Sequence record: OQ992562.1
Reading direction: 5' to 3' (one strand)
DNA: 64,000 nt
The notes beneath the pieces were generated by a model. The model saw nothing but the letters and a program-made list of their open reading frames with translations. It was not told the origin of the DNA and did no database searches. The translations under genes and the position numbers were made by a program. This document shows, piece by piece, positions 1-9,993 of the stretch; position 1 is the first letter of the stretch, and every line of letters starts with the position of its first letter.

Positions 1-1881
1 ATGGCTGTTAACGAAAACGAAATCGGCACCGTTCAAACTCAAGCTACTGCTCCTGCTCCGCAACCCACTGCACAGCGTCAAGCTCAACGTCCTACTGGCG
101 CGCCTGGGTCTACTACTGGCATTAACCATCTAATGCGTCGCTCTGGTCGACTAGATGGCTCTGATGCTCGTTCAGCAGATGCCCTACAAGTATTCACTAA
201 AGTAAAAGAAGAAGCAATCCGCCATCAGGACCTACCTGATGACTTCGATATCCATCGTTTCGATCGTGATGCGCAACAAGTTGGTATGGCTGGTCTACTC
301 ATTGTTAAACTAGCTAAAGATATCAATGGTTCCATGAAGGCATTCGTTCGTACTCTAGTACTCGATAACCTACCTGGTACTCGCATCCGTCCCCGTACCC
401 ACAAAATCAACAATGGTCTAACCGACGACATCATTGAAGAGAAGGTACTACCGCGTGATGTATTCACTGCTCAATACTGGAGCAAGATCGGCGAGTTCCT
501 ACGGAACCGTTACAACATCCCTGGTCTAGAAGTACTATCTGCCGGTCCCCGTGCAGTGTATGCTGACTTCGACTTCAAAGATGAACTAGCTGTTAAGAAC
601 CTACTAGTTGAATCTGTTAACATCTGTGAAGATGCTATTGCACGTCGTAACAATGAGACTCCGTTCTCTATTGCGACCCACATCAAAGCAGAAAACGAAC
701 AGCTTACCTGCAACCTAGACTACAATGGTATTCCGGTTAAAGATAGCTGTGGTAATCCGATCCGTTCTGACATGGTCATCTCCACTAGCCGTGGTAAGAA
801 AACCAACGTACCTGAGAACGAGTTCTATGATACCGATAGCCAGCTAAACCAAGTTAGTCTATTCGTAGATCTACATTGGACTCCGACCACTGGCCAGCAA
901 CAAGGTATGTTTGGCGTAACTCTACCTGGTGCAGCTCTACCTCCGCAGTTCACTCCTTACATCGTTATCACTGACGTTCGTAAGGCTTCCTGGATCCAAG
1001 CATGGACTCTAGAAATGTGGCTGTTCGCACTTGGTAATGCGTATCGTGCAACTGCATCCCAGGCATGGGCTCGTACCCTAATGCCGAAGATCGCTACCAG
1101 CAAGATGCGTGATATTGGTGCACTTGGTTATTACTCAGAGCTAGGTAAAGCGATTGAAACTCGCACCGAAGCATTCATGGCAGACGACAGCAACTTCGTA
1201 ATGCTAATGAACAAGATGGTTAACCAGAACCCTGCATTCCAGATCGATATCGATCCGATGGGTGACAACTCTGCTCTTGAGCAAGTAGTCCTAGATGCAG
1301 CTGGTGGCGTAAACCAAGCTCGTGCAGTTAGCCTGATCTTCCAAGCTCTAACTAACCTATATGGCACTGATTTCCGTCAGTTCTATAACCTAGCTGAAGC
1401 TGGTCCGATCATCTTTGACAACCATCATGAAGTAGACCTCGGTCACTACACTGATGAGCATGGCGAACTAAGTGACCGTCGTGATCTTGACGTTCTAGGT
1501 GCCATGAACATGTCTGAAGGTAACGATCAAGAGTGGAAGACCTGGTATGCTACTCAAGTAGGTAATGACCACATTGTGCGTCGTATGAATAACAGTAAAG
1601 GCTTCGACAAGATGTACCTAGGTAACGTTACCTATACTGGTCGTGCTCGTCGTCTAACCTTTAACCCGAAATTCATCACCGCAATGGATGCCGCAGCAGC
1701 AGCAGCTGGTGTAACTGTAACCATGGAAAACCTAATTACCAACTTCGGTCAACAGCGCTTCGCTGGTTACACCGGTATGGGTAACATGGCTGTTTCTGGT
1801 AGTGCACAAGTTGGCATGGCTGGCGGCATGGGTCAAACTTACGGCGCTCCTTCCTATAATGCACCGGGTACCTGGTACTAA
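1..1881 (+). CDS. chmA: Chimallin, major phage nuclear shell protein (phiKZ gp54 ortholog)
   Basis: 626 aa with extended N- and C-terminal arms; sequence recognised as phiKZ gp54-like; lies directly upstream of the nvRNAP beta-prime gene as in phiKZ-like phages; extreme codon bias typical of a highly expressed gene. Confidence 0.9.
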   Translation: MAVNENEIGTVQTQATAPAPQPTAQRQAQRPTGAPGSTTGINHLMRRSGRLDGSDARSADALQVFTKVKEEAIRHQDLPDDFDIHRFDRDAQQVGMAGLLIVKLAKDINGSMKAFVRTLVLDNLPGTRIRPRTHKINNGLTDDIIEEKVLPRDVFTAQYWSKIGEFLRNRYNIPGLEVLSAGPRAVYADFDFKDELAVKNLLVESVNICEDAIARRNNETPFSIATHIKAENEQLTCNLDYNGIPVKDSCGNPIRSDMVISTSRGKKTNVPENEFYDTDSQLNQVSLFVDLHWTPTTGQQQGMFGVTLPGAALPPQFTPYIVITDVRKASWIQAWTLEMWLFALGNAYRATASQAWARTLMPKIATSKMRDIGALGYYSELGKAIETRTEAFMADDSNFVMLMNKMVNQNPAFQIDIDPMGDNSALEQVVLDAAGGVNQARAVSLIFQALTNLYGTDFRQFYNLAEAGPIIFDNHHEVDLGHYTDEHGELSDRRDLDVLGAMNMSEGNDQEWKTWYATQVGNDHIVRRMNNSKGFDKMYLGNVTYTGRARRLTFNPKFITAMDAAAAAAGVTVTMENLITNFGQQRFAGYTGMGNMAVSGSAQVGMAGGMGQTYGAPSYNAPGTWY

Positions 1882-1889
1882 TAGGAAAT

Positions 1890-2205
1890 ACCTCGGTAGA
1901 TAGGGATGTTAAATAAGTAACATCCCGATTCTAATACTGCGACCCTGGTTCACTTCGGTGATAACGGTTAGGAGTAGGTTCCGTGAAGTAATCGACTAGT
2001 GGACTTAGTCTAGGTCGACCTATCACTACACGAGGATGATAGATCACTTAACCGAAAGGAGTTACTCAAAAGGTAACGTGTGATCAAAAACTACAATGGA
2101 TGGTAAATGAGACTAGTGCCGGTATGCTACAAAGAAGAGCGGAGGTTAAGCTTTGTAGATGACGCTAGGCTCGGGCCAGGCTCCGTTGGTGGTCCATTGT
2201 AAAAA
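1890..2205 (+). ncRNA. Candidate structured RNA or long structured 3' UTR downstream of chimallin
   Basis: No ORF in the track; at least eight stems by eye, e.g. 1903-1910/1919-1926, 2042-2047/2080-2085, 2092-2100/2193-2201, 2127-2134/2151-2158, plus cUUCGg and GAAA tetraloops. Confidence 0.55.
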
Positions 2206-2207
2206 CT

Positions 2208-2250
2208 GATATAGCGGCTCCTTCGGGGGCCGCTTATATCTCCTTTTTTT
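2208..2250 (+). terminator. Rho-independent terminator after chimallin and the structured RNA
   Basis: GC-rich stem GCGGCTCC-TTCG-GGGGCCGC followed by T7. Confidence 0.9.
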
Positions 2251-2275
2251 GTTAATCGATAAATAGGAGTTTGGT

Positions 2276-3412
2276 ATGGGTCTTTATGCCAAAGTTGTTG
2301 ATCATGATGAAGTACATGATCAATTTACGGGTAAACGTATTTATGCCAATGATTACAATACGAGTAACTCAGATGAGAAAGAAGAATTTGATAGGCATTT
2401 CTATTCTCATTTCCAAGATTCAGAAGCAATTGAAAGTAGCGTAAGTTGTGATTGTCGAGCAATCGAAGACGCACATAAACTCGGAGTAATCTGTGATATT
2501 TGTAATACTCCAGTTGTCAATACTTCTAGCCGCCCTATCGAACCATCAATGTGGGTTCGTACACCAAAACATGTACGTAGTCTAATTAACCCACGTTTAA
2601 TCATTATGCTAACCGGATATCTAGTAACTAAAGAATTCGATTTCTTAGCATATCTAACTGATACTTCTTATCGATACGATGTGGAATCTATTGGTTCTAA
2701 AGAAACACGCAGAAAAGTAGATAGGCTACTGCATCGAGGATTTGAAAGAGGATTAAATCACTTCATTGATAATTTCAATGAGATCTTCCAATTCCTACTA
2801 GATGCAAATATTATTTCTAATAATAAATCCGAATTCGCTCAATTCGTTGCTCAGAATAAAGATAAGTTATTCCCTAAATATTTACCAGTTCCTTCTAAAC
2901 TCTGTTTCGTAGCAGAATCAACCACATCTGGTACTTACTTAGATAAACCAATTGAAGCAGCAATTGATGCTACCTTAACCTTCGCTAGTATTGATGCATC
3001 ATCTGTACCACTTAGTCCAATTAAAGCTCAGAATAGGACTATGCGAGGACTAAGACTATATGGCCAGTTCTACGAGATCTACGCAAAATCACGAATTGCT
3101 CAAAAGCCTGGTCTTGCTCGGCGTCACATGTTTGGTGCTCGTCTCAACGCTACGGCACGTGCAGTAATCACTTCTATTAGTGACCCGCATGATTATGATG
3201 AATTACATATCCCTTGGGGAGTAGGTTGTCAATTATTAAAGTATCATCTAACTAACAAGTTAAAAGCTAAGTTTAACATGACAACTCGTGAAGCATTCTC
3301 ATTTGTATATGAGAATGTACTTCAATATAACCAAATCATCGCTGATCTATTTAAAGAGTTAATTGCAGAGGCCGCACCATATAAAGGAATGGGTTGCACT
3401 TTTCACCGAAAT
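2276..3412 (+). CDS. Non-virion RNA polymerase beta-prime N-terminal subunit (phiKZ gp55-56.1 ortholog), exon 1 of 3; join(2276..3412,3718..3825,4319..4537) = 487 aa
   Basis: Zn-finger CDC..CDIC; ends at FHRN, which joins in frame to PTLQR of exon 2 (beta-prime NRxPTLHR motif); RBS AATAGGAG at 2262-2269. Confidence 0.9.
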
Positions 3413-3717
3413 TAATTTGTATATTAATACTAAATGGTTTCCTTGTAATAGAAATATTACTCGACAAAACTCCTTTAATTGCTGGGACATCTCATTGAGA
3501 CAATCAGCAGCGAAGCTTTCCAGAAATGGATTGAACGTTCAACGACTATCGAAAGGCACGAAAGTGAACCGAGTAGAGTAGAGTCAAGTGACTCGAAATG
3601 GGGAGCACCTTACTGGGTAATGCCAAAGGTGAAGATATAGTCTGGTCTGCATGGTGACATGCAGCTGTCTATTATTAATAGACGGGATAAGCTTAACGAA
3701 CTTATCTGAACACAACG
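3413..3717 (+). mobile_element. Group I intron 1 (305 nt, no ORF) in nvRNAP beta-prime
   Basis: P1 exon GAAAT/GTTTC (3437-3441) with U3412.G3437 wobble; P7 GACTAT (3544-3549)/ATAGTC; S element AAGATATAGTCT at 3632-3643; ends CTGAACACAACG with terminal G; removal restores the reading frame. Confidence 0.92.
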
Positions 3718-3825
3718 CCGACCCTTCAACGTGGATCTACTCAACAATTCTTTATTACTAAAGTAAAAGATGACATTAATGATAATTCAATCAGCATGTC
3801 AGTATTATGCCTTAAAGCGCCTAAT
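3718..3825 (+). CDS. nvRNAP beta-prime exon 2 (108-nt micro-exon, PTLQRGSTQQFFITKVKDDINDNSISMSVLCLKAPN)
   Basis: Manual translation; not in the ORF track; supplies PTLQR and the N of NADFDGD. Confidence 0.9.
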
Positions 3826-4318
3826 GGACAACTAACTAAATAAGGTAAAAACAATGGAACAAAACGGAGTAGTGTCCGTCTTTGATCCGGCTTCATTTAA
3901 AATTGAATATGAAGTGCTTGATAAATACCTTATTAAGTTAATCAAGTCTAGTTCCCCCAGTGAGTAATCATTGGGGTGAGTTTTCTCTAATTGCTGGGAT
4001 ATCCTGTTAAACTAATCTACCACTGCGAGTCGAAAGACAAAGCCAAGGTTTGAAAAAGATTAGGTAGGGCCAATCAGCAGCCAAGCTCCGTAACATTCCA
4101 TTTAGGAATAGGAGAAGGTTCAACGACTATTACGGTATCAGGTGCACCGGTCCTAGAAATAGGATGTAGGGTCAAGTGACTCGAAATGGGAGACACCCCA
4201 CTCCGAAAGGAAGGGTGAAGATATAGTCTGGTCTGCATGGTGACATGCAGCAGGTGGTAATTATCATGTGGTAATTATACTACCGGGTATGGATTAACGA
4301 CCCATACTGAACATAACG
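3826..4318 (+). mobile_element. Group I intron 2 (493 nt) splitting the catalytic N|ADFDGD motif
   Basis: TAATTGCTGGGA 3988-3999, TTCAACGACTAT 4119-4130, AAGATATAGTCT 4218-4229; ends CTGAACATAACG; removal gives AAT-GCG-GAT-TTT-GAC-GGC-GAT (NADFDGD). P1 not clearly resolved by eye. Confidence 0.92.
3854..3967 (+). pseudogene. 37-aa mini-ORF inside intron 2, probable remnant of a homing endonuclease gene
   Basis: RBS TAAGG at 3841-3845, ATG 3854, MEQNGVVSVFDPASFKIEYEVLDKYLIKLIKSSSPSE*; no nuclease motif left; remnant status is inferred from position. Confidence 0.5.
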
Positions 4319-4537
4319 GCGGATTTTGACGGCGATCAATTGAATTTAACGTTAATGCCTGATGTGTATTTAACTAAAGCAACTGAACGCATTGCTCCAC
4401 ATACATGGGTTCTATCTATTGATGAACCACATGAAATCTCAGGTAACCTTGAATTACAGGGTCCTGTTGTAGAAACGATTATTAACTGGGCGCATGAGAA
4501 GTATTTACCACCATTAGAAGAGTGGTTGAAGTCGTAA
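4319..4537 (+). CDS. nvRNAP beta-prime exon 3 (ADFDGDQLNLTLM...), phiKZ gp56.1-like
   Basis: Track ORF 4340..4537 extends upstream to GCG GAT TTT GAC GGC GAT, the Mg-binding DFDGD motif. Confidence 0.92.
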   Translation, partial: ADFDGDQLNLTLMPDVYLTKATERIAPHTWVLSIDEPHEISGNLELQGPVVETIINWAHEKYLPPLEEWLKS

Positions 4538-4547
4538 TAATAAACTT

Positions 4548-4580
4548 GCCCCTACCACTTATGTAGTAGGGGCTTTATTT
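4548..4580 (+). terminator. Rho-independent terminator
   Basis: GCCCCTAC/GTAGGGGC stem plus T-rich tail. Confidence 0.8.
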
Positions 4581-4628
4581 CCTGTTATGGCAGCGCCTAA
4601 CTATGGATGTAAAGTTCCACTGGATTTA

Positions 4629-4646
4629 ATTTCAGATTTATATCAC
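4629..4646 (+). promoter_or_regulatory. Early (virion RNAP) promoter-like motif
   Basis: TTTCAGATT-TATATCAC; matches the phiKZ early consensus TATATTAC and five other intergenic copies in this window. Confidence 0.65.
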
Positions 4647-4677
4647 TAAGATGCAATAGTGATAAGGGGAATACCCA

Positions 4678-4866
4678 ATGTCTAATATTCGTGAAATTAT
4701 TCGACGTAACCCGGAATGTTTATCACAAGTCGAACGAGATGAACGTGAAGCCAGATCGGTAGCCGTATTCACTAAGAGATATATTACTCGCGGGAATGGT
4801 GATGTAGTGGTAAACAGAAGGTTTGTCGATGCATATGTCGAAATGATATCTAAGCTTAATGATTAA
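4678..4866 (+). CDS. Hypothetical protein, 62 aa
   Basis: ORF with RBS AAGGG, directly after the early promoter motif. Confidence 0.7.
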   Translation: MSNIREIIRRNPECLSQVERDEREARSVAVFTKRYITRGNGDVVVNRRFVDAYVEMISKLND

Positions 4867-4926
4867 AAGCAAAATAAATTAATAGGGGAGTTTGAATCCA
4901 CCTATTAATTCTTTGAGGCTGGTAGT

Positions 4927-5310
4927 ATGCATGATTTAGTTATCTATTGGAAAGCCCATGATGGTTACTACATACAAGATGAATATGGCGAACATCCTGT
5001 AACTTTCCAATTCGCAGAAATTAATTGGAATTTCACTGGAGCGTATGTATACGGTGGTTCTGAATTAATTGATGATCACTTAAAATTTGGTATAGATTTC
5101 AAAGTACGTGATATTGAATGGCAAATTAGGTTTGATTTAGACGGTAAATTTACTCTGTACAATATGTCAAATAATGATCGGGATGATACCTTTGTAATTC
5201 CAGTTACTTCAAAATTTGCCCAATTCTTTAAAAAGACAGGCAAACATGTAGTTACTAATGAAGTTATCACTATCCCAGTTAATTGCTCTTTTGATAAGCA
5301 AATTTATTAA
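4927..5310 (+). CDS. Hypothetical protein (phiKZ gp57 position)
   Basis: 127-aa ORF, RBS GAGG, operon context. Confidence 0.75.
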   Translation: MHDLVIYWKAHDGYYIQDEYGEHPVTFQFAEINWNFTGAYVYGGSELIDDHLKFGIDFKVRDIEWQIRFDLDGKFTLYNMSNNDRDDTFVIPVTSKFAQFFKKTGKHVVTNEVITIPVNCSFDKQIY

Positions 5311-5322
5311 AGGTAAATAAGG

Positions 5323-5748
5323 ATGAATAGTAAATGTAATGAATGTACTAAGCAAATTGATAATTCCCACGATATGCCAAAAACACTTGGCATCTGCCAT
5401 AAGCATTATCGGTTCAATGTATTTGGGGATAATGATTTACTTAAAGATTCTGATAAACTGGTTACATTTGAACTTAATAAAGAAACTAATCTATTTGAAT
5501 GTATTCTAGAAAATACTAAAGGTGAATATACTGGATTTCATCATCCTAAGTTTGGATTCCGTATTAAACATGATGATCCAATCACTATTGTGGTGACTGC
5601 ACCTGAACATGATATCTATGTTGAATTAACTGTAACTGTTGAAGGTGTTACAAAAGCTGTCAATTGGTGCGGTCAGGAACTAGACACATTTAATTTACCT
5701 ATGCAACATCCGTTTAATCTATGCTGGTCATATACGGCCAATAACTGA
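5323..5748 (+). CDS. Hypothetical protein (phiKZ gp58 position), N-terminal CxxC...C-H
   Basis: 141-aa ORF, RBS AAGG. Confidence 0.75.
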   Translation: MNSKCNECTKQIDNSHDMPKTLGICHKHYRFNVFGDNDLLKDSDKLVTFELNKETNLFECILENTKGEYTGFHHPKFGFRIKHDDPITIVVTAPEHDIYVELTVTVEGVTKAVNWCGQELDTFNLPMQHPFNLCWSYTANN

Positions 5749-5756
5749 GGTGTATA

Positions 5757-6368
5757 ATGATTGTAGATGCACATGGTGTGGACCTCTTGGACATCTGTGC
5801 AGGTGGCCATCTTACACAGCAAACAACTCAATGGTTGGGTGAGCGTAGTCAGGCACTTCGTTCAACTATGTCAACTGCCGCTGCTAGCTTTTTCAATACT
5901 GCACAAAATATGTACAGTATGATTAGTGAATCAGCTGCTGTTCAAGCACTGCGGAATCTTACCACAAAGAAAGATAACTTATGGCAGTCGAACAACATTG
6001 TGTATCTTGAGACATTAGCTGAACTACAAACAGCTGGTCCGATTATGCAACGTTGGGTTATGGCACATGAGCGTCTAAGAACCATGTATCTTAATAATGA
6101 AGTTGATGGATATGGTGGTTCTTATAATAACATCCAAGGTGATGCGGTAGGTGAACGACAGTTTGATTATCGTCGCGTGATGGATGGAGTTATGTATACC
6201 GATAAGAAAGAATTCGGTTATAAAAACTATCACGAAGATATCAAGAGTGATCGTAAACTTAGCCTGCATGAAAAAGTTGACATCCTCCGTATGTGGAATG
6301 CTATTGATGGGCATCTAGACGCAGGCGAGGAAGATCCAACTTCAGTCGTAGGTAATCTTCTAGGTTAA
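5757..6368 (+). CDS. Conserved chimallivirus protein (phiKZ gp59 position; reported as nuclear import factor Imp3)
   Basis: 203-aa ORF, RBS GAGGTG; assignment by gene count between gp55 and gp68 and recall of the literature. Confidence 0.6.
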   Translation: MIVDAHGVDLLDICAGGHLTQQTTQWLGERSQALRSTMSTAAASFFNTAQNMYSMISESAAVQALRNLTTKKDNLWQSNNIVYLETLAELQTAGPIMQRWVMAHERLRTMYLNNEVDGYGGSYNNIQGDAVGERQFDYRRVMDGVMYTDKKEFGYKNYHEDIKSDRKLSLHEKVDILRMWNAIDGHLDAGEEDPTSVVGNLLG

Positions 6369-6374
6369 ATAAAT

Positions 6375-6400
6375 GAGAGTCCCATATAGGGACTCTCTTC
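6375..6400 (+). terminator. Terminator hairpin
   Basis: GAGAGTCCC-ATATA-GGGACTCTC. Confidence 0.75.
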
Positions 6401-6419
6401 TATCATTTAGGAGAGATCT

Positions 6420-6755
6420 ATGTCAATTGATCTACTCGTACCAAATAAACTAAAGATGTTTCAAAAAAGTCCAGATGGTACGGGATATATGTACTTTAAT
6501 AGTACAGATGGAATAGAACTTAAACACGACAATCAAACACGACTATTGTATCTTCCTGATAATGACTATGTAACTGGTGATTATGTTTCACCTGATGCTA
6601 AATTTATTTTCACAGTTATTGAAGGTGAAGTGGTCTCTATTAAATTAGATACTGGCGAGGAAATACATAGTTATAGTTTTTGTGATGAGAGTCCATTGTG
6701 GAACCATCCGCATATTGCTTTTTACGTTAAGGAAAATACTGATGCTATTAATTAA
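6420..6755 (+). CDS. Hypothetical protein (gp60 position)
   Basis: 111-aa ORF, RBS AGGAG. Confidence 0.75.
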   Translation: MSIDLLVPNKLKMFQKSPDGTGYMYFNSTDGIELKHDNQTRLLYLPDNDYVTGDYVSPDAKFIFTVIEGEVVSIKLDTGEEIHSYSFCDESPLWNHPHIAFYVKENTDAIN

Positions 6756-7194
6756 GAATAATAACTCATCAAAGCCACTACACCCTATCCTTAAATTAAC
6801 TACTGCTGTGGTTGATTCAACTCGTTTTAATCTTGAAGAATATTCTTATCTTAAAGAAGCATTTAAGAATGGTACTCTACGTATCTATGTGACTGGATAT
6901 GACTACGCTTACCCATCTGAAGATGGTCATCTTGTTATTAAAAACGACTATCCTAATGTGTCTAGCAGGCCACCATTTGTACATGTTGGTAGGGATCCAA
7001 ATGGGTTAACTGATGATACCCAGTTATATGTAGCCACAACTCATTTTTCAGGGACAAGTAGTGAAATTACTACCAGACCCACTAGTGTACATGCATGTGT
7101 TACTGAACACGATATCGTTTTAACAAGTACACTCAAGAAAAAAGAAGGTGCTGTTATCGTGTATCACATTGAATTAATTGCATGTAAATATTAG
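6742..7194 (+). CDS. Hypothetical protein (gp61 position); start re-called at ATG 6742
   Basis: RBS AAGGA at 6729-6733; same frame as track ORF 6682..7194. Confidence 0.7.
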   Translation: MLLIKNNNSSKPLHPILKLTTAVVDSTRFNLEEYSYLKEAFKNGTLRIYVTGYDYAYPSEDGHLVIKNDYPNVSSRPPFVHVGRDPNGLTDDTQLYVATTHFSGTSSEITTRPTSVHACVTEHDIVLTSTLKKKEGAVIVYHIELIACKY

Positions 7195-7242
7195 TATACT
7201 AGTTAATGTAAGTATTTAACTGTATGTATCAAGTAATATAAA

Positions 7243-7260
7243 GGGAGCCATTTGGCTCCC
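7243..7260 (+). terminator. Terminator hairpin
   Basis: GGGAGCCA-TT-TGGCTCCC; a T-run follows at about 7273-7280. Confidence 0.65.
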
Positions 7261-7267
7261 ATCTTAA

Positions 7268-7711
<444 letters not shown>

Positions 7712-8269
7712 ATGACTAGTGAAGTTGAACAAAATGAAAGCGAAGCTATGAACTCCATGCTATTAAAACGAATTCATATGCTAGAAGTAACAGTTAGGAA
7801 TCTAACGAAACATGCTAAAGTTATAGATGAGTCTTTCCAACAATTGGTAAAAGTTAAAGCTGAAGAAACTGCAACATTTAATATTCGCGTTAGTCGAGTT
7901 CTTGCAGATATTCTTTGCAATATGGGTGAAAGTATTCGGCGTGAAGTTGATGACGCAATGCGAGCTATCAATGGTGATACTAAACCAGTATTCTCACTAG
8001 TTGAAGTAGATGGAGTTAATCAGAAAGAACATATGGACTCGGTCATTGTTCGTAAAGGCGGTGATAAAGGTTATATGTTTGCTACTGTTGGAACACCTAA
8101 TAAGTTCACTACTGAAAACTGCGATGCGTTGATTGATTACCTAAATAGTAATCCTCAACTAATGGAAAACAAAGAAGAAGCTCGTTTTAATATCATCACT
8201 ACTCTGACTAAACAACAGATTGAACAAGTTATGGGTAAAGAAGATGGCAACTCCGGAACCGAACACTAG
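7712..8269 (+). CDS. Hypothetical protein (gp63 position)
   Basis: 185-aa ORF abutting the upstream stop codon. Confidence 0.75.
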   Translation: MTSEVEQNESEAMNSMLLKRIHMLEVTVRNLTKHAKVIDESFQQLVKVKAEETATFNIRVSRVLADILCNMGESIRREVDDAMRAINGDTKPVFSLVEVDGVNQKEHMDSVIVRKGGDKGYMFATVGTPNKFTTENCDALIDYLNSNPQLMENKEEARFNIITTLTKQQIEQVMGKEDGNSGTEH

Positions 8270-8852
8270 AGTTACAGATAGCGATAACATGATCATGGAT
8301 GCAATGCAAGCCATGGTTAGCATTCATCAGAAAGAGATACCTATTGTCCATGAGGACGTTTTTGTAAAGAATATATTACCGTTACTTGAATGTCCATGGG
8401 CACCAGGTGCATTAGATGAATATCGTAAATATGTTCATGAGCTATCAAATCCATTACGTGTAGCAAGTGTTAATACCAAAGAAGCAGTTGTACTTTTTAC
8501 AGTTCCAGCACTTTATCCTCGTCCAAGTGTTGCAATCTCATCTGGTGAGAATGTTGCTAGTATTTCTAATGTAATGGATTATTATAATAAAGAACATAAT
8601 CGCAATCCACGTGGTGGGTTTGCTAAAGAAGCGGCTCAATTCCTAGAGCGGTGTATTTATAATGAACCATTAGAAAAACAACTTCTACAAGTGTTAATCC
8701 AAATCTTAGCAGCATATGGTCGGGTATTAAAAAATACTGATGGTACTCCGTTATATGAGTTACCGAATGCATCTTCATCTAAATCTGGAGGTGTGCAAGT
8801 AGATACACCTGAGAATGATGAATGTGTTTACGGTGACGAATATGAAGACTGA
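8244..8852 (+). CDS. Conserved hypothetical protein (gp64 position); likely start ATG 8244
   Basis: In frame with track ORF 8220..8852; acidic C-terminus. Confidence 0.75.
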   Translation: MATPEPNTRVTDSDNMIMDAMQAMVSIHQKEIPIVHEDVFVKNILPLLECPWAPGALDEYRKYVHELSNPLRVASVNTKEAVVLFTVPALYPRPSVAISSGENVASISNVMDYYNKEHNRNPRGGFAKEAAQFLERCIYNEPLEKQLLQVLIQILAAYGRVLKNTDGTPLYELPNASSSKSGGVQVDTPENDECVYGDEYED

Positions 8853-9981
8853 TAAAACAAAGAAACCTGGCATATTTCGATATTTAACAGTAGGCGATGT
8901 CCATATGGGGCATCGCCAAACCCCTACTGAATTAATCATCAATAACTTTTGGAAAACTGTCCCTGATACAATTTTAAAAGATATTGATATGCTGATTATT
9001 ACAGGGGATTTATTTGATCGTCAATTAAACAATGGCGATCCAGCTGCATACGCAATTGATAGATTTATTACAATACTTCTCTACAAATGTGAAATGTATA
9101 ATGTAATGATCCGTATTGTTGAAGGGACCCCATCACATGACCGTGGGCAAATGCAGTTTTTCGTAGAACAAAAAAATAATGCAAATATTAAAGTTGATTT
9201 GCATTATTCAAAGATTCTCGATATTGAGTATATTGAGAAACTAGATGCATATTTCCTTTATGTCCCTGATAAATGGAATCCATCCACATCAGAGACTTTA
9301 AATCAAGTAAAAGATTTAATGCATAAGAAAGGTATATCTCAAGTTGACTTTACTATTTTACATGGTGCATTTAAACATCAGCTACCAAGTATTGTGGAAG
9401 AGCCAACACATGATCCAGACGAATATTTAGCATTAACTAAATATATGATCAATGGTGGACATGTTCATGAGATGTCTATCTATGAACGCATTTTAGCTGC
9501 CGGTGGATTTGATCGATTAAGTCACAACGATGAAATTCCAAAAGGATTATTTGATGTTGTGGTAAAAGAAAATGGCGAATGGACTGCTACATTCCTTGAG
9601 AATAAGGGTGCGCGTAGATACGATACTTTGAATGTCCATGGAATGGATACTAAGCAACTTAATTACACTGTTAAAGAACATATCAAGACACTACCAACTA
9701 ACTCTGCAATTAGGTTAAGATGTAATCCAGGTGATGTAGCTACTGGTGATCTCGATACATTTCAAAATGAATATCCTAATTTTTCATGGAGTATCTTAAT
9801 TGAAAAAGTTACTACAAAGAAAAATACTGTGTCAGATAGCCTAAAGAATTTTGATTTATCAGAATTTTTGGATATAACTCCAGAAAGTATTTCTGATTTA
9901 ATTATTCCAGATATTGAAAAATTTACAGCGGACGCTGCTCAGATCCAACGGGTATTGGGATTATTGACAGAGTTCAAATAA
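8842..9981 (+). CDS. SbcD/Mre11-like metallophosphoesterase nuclease (gp65 position)
   Basis: Motifs GDVH, GDLFD, GTPSHD, HG and GHVH of the calcineurin-like phosphoesterase fold. Confidence 0.85.
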   Translation: MKTDKTKKPGIFRYLTVGDVHMGHRQTPTELIINNFWKTVPDTILKDIDMLIITGDLFDRQLNNGDPAAYAIDRFITILLYKCEMYNVMIRIVEGTPSHDRGQMQFFVEQKNNANIKVDLHYSKILDIEYIEKLDAYFLYVPDKWNPSTSETLNQVKDLMHKKGISQVDFTILHGAFKHQLPSIVEEPTHDPDEYLALTKYMINGGHVHEMSIYERILAAGGFDRLSHNDEIPKGLFDVVVKENGEWTATFLENKGARRYDTLNVHGMDTKQLNYTVKEHIKTLPTNSAIRLRCNPGDVATGDLDTFQNEYPNFSWSILIEKVTTKKNTVSDSLKNFDLSEFLDITPESISDLIIPDIEKFTADAAQIQRVLGLLTEFK

Positions 9982-9993
9982 AAGGCAATAATA

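Noticed and set aside
1882-2250. tRNA, tmRNA, hammerhead or degenerate group I identity for the post-chimallin RNA
   Set aside because: I found no cloverleaf or T-loop, no tag ORF, no CUGAUGA/GAAA core and no P7/S elements by eye.
3363-3581. 72-aa plus-strand ORF overlapping intron 1
   Set aside because: It runs through the conserved ribozyme core and has no endonuclease motif; a chance frame.
3822-3826. Alternative 5' splice site of intron 2 after CCT (3822), suggested by CCTAATG/CATTGGG pairing
   Set aside because: It would delete the Asn of NADFDGD, and CATTGGGG is better explained by its local hairpin; the junction after 3825 is preferred, though P1 is unresolved.
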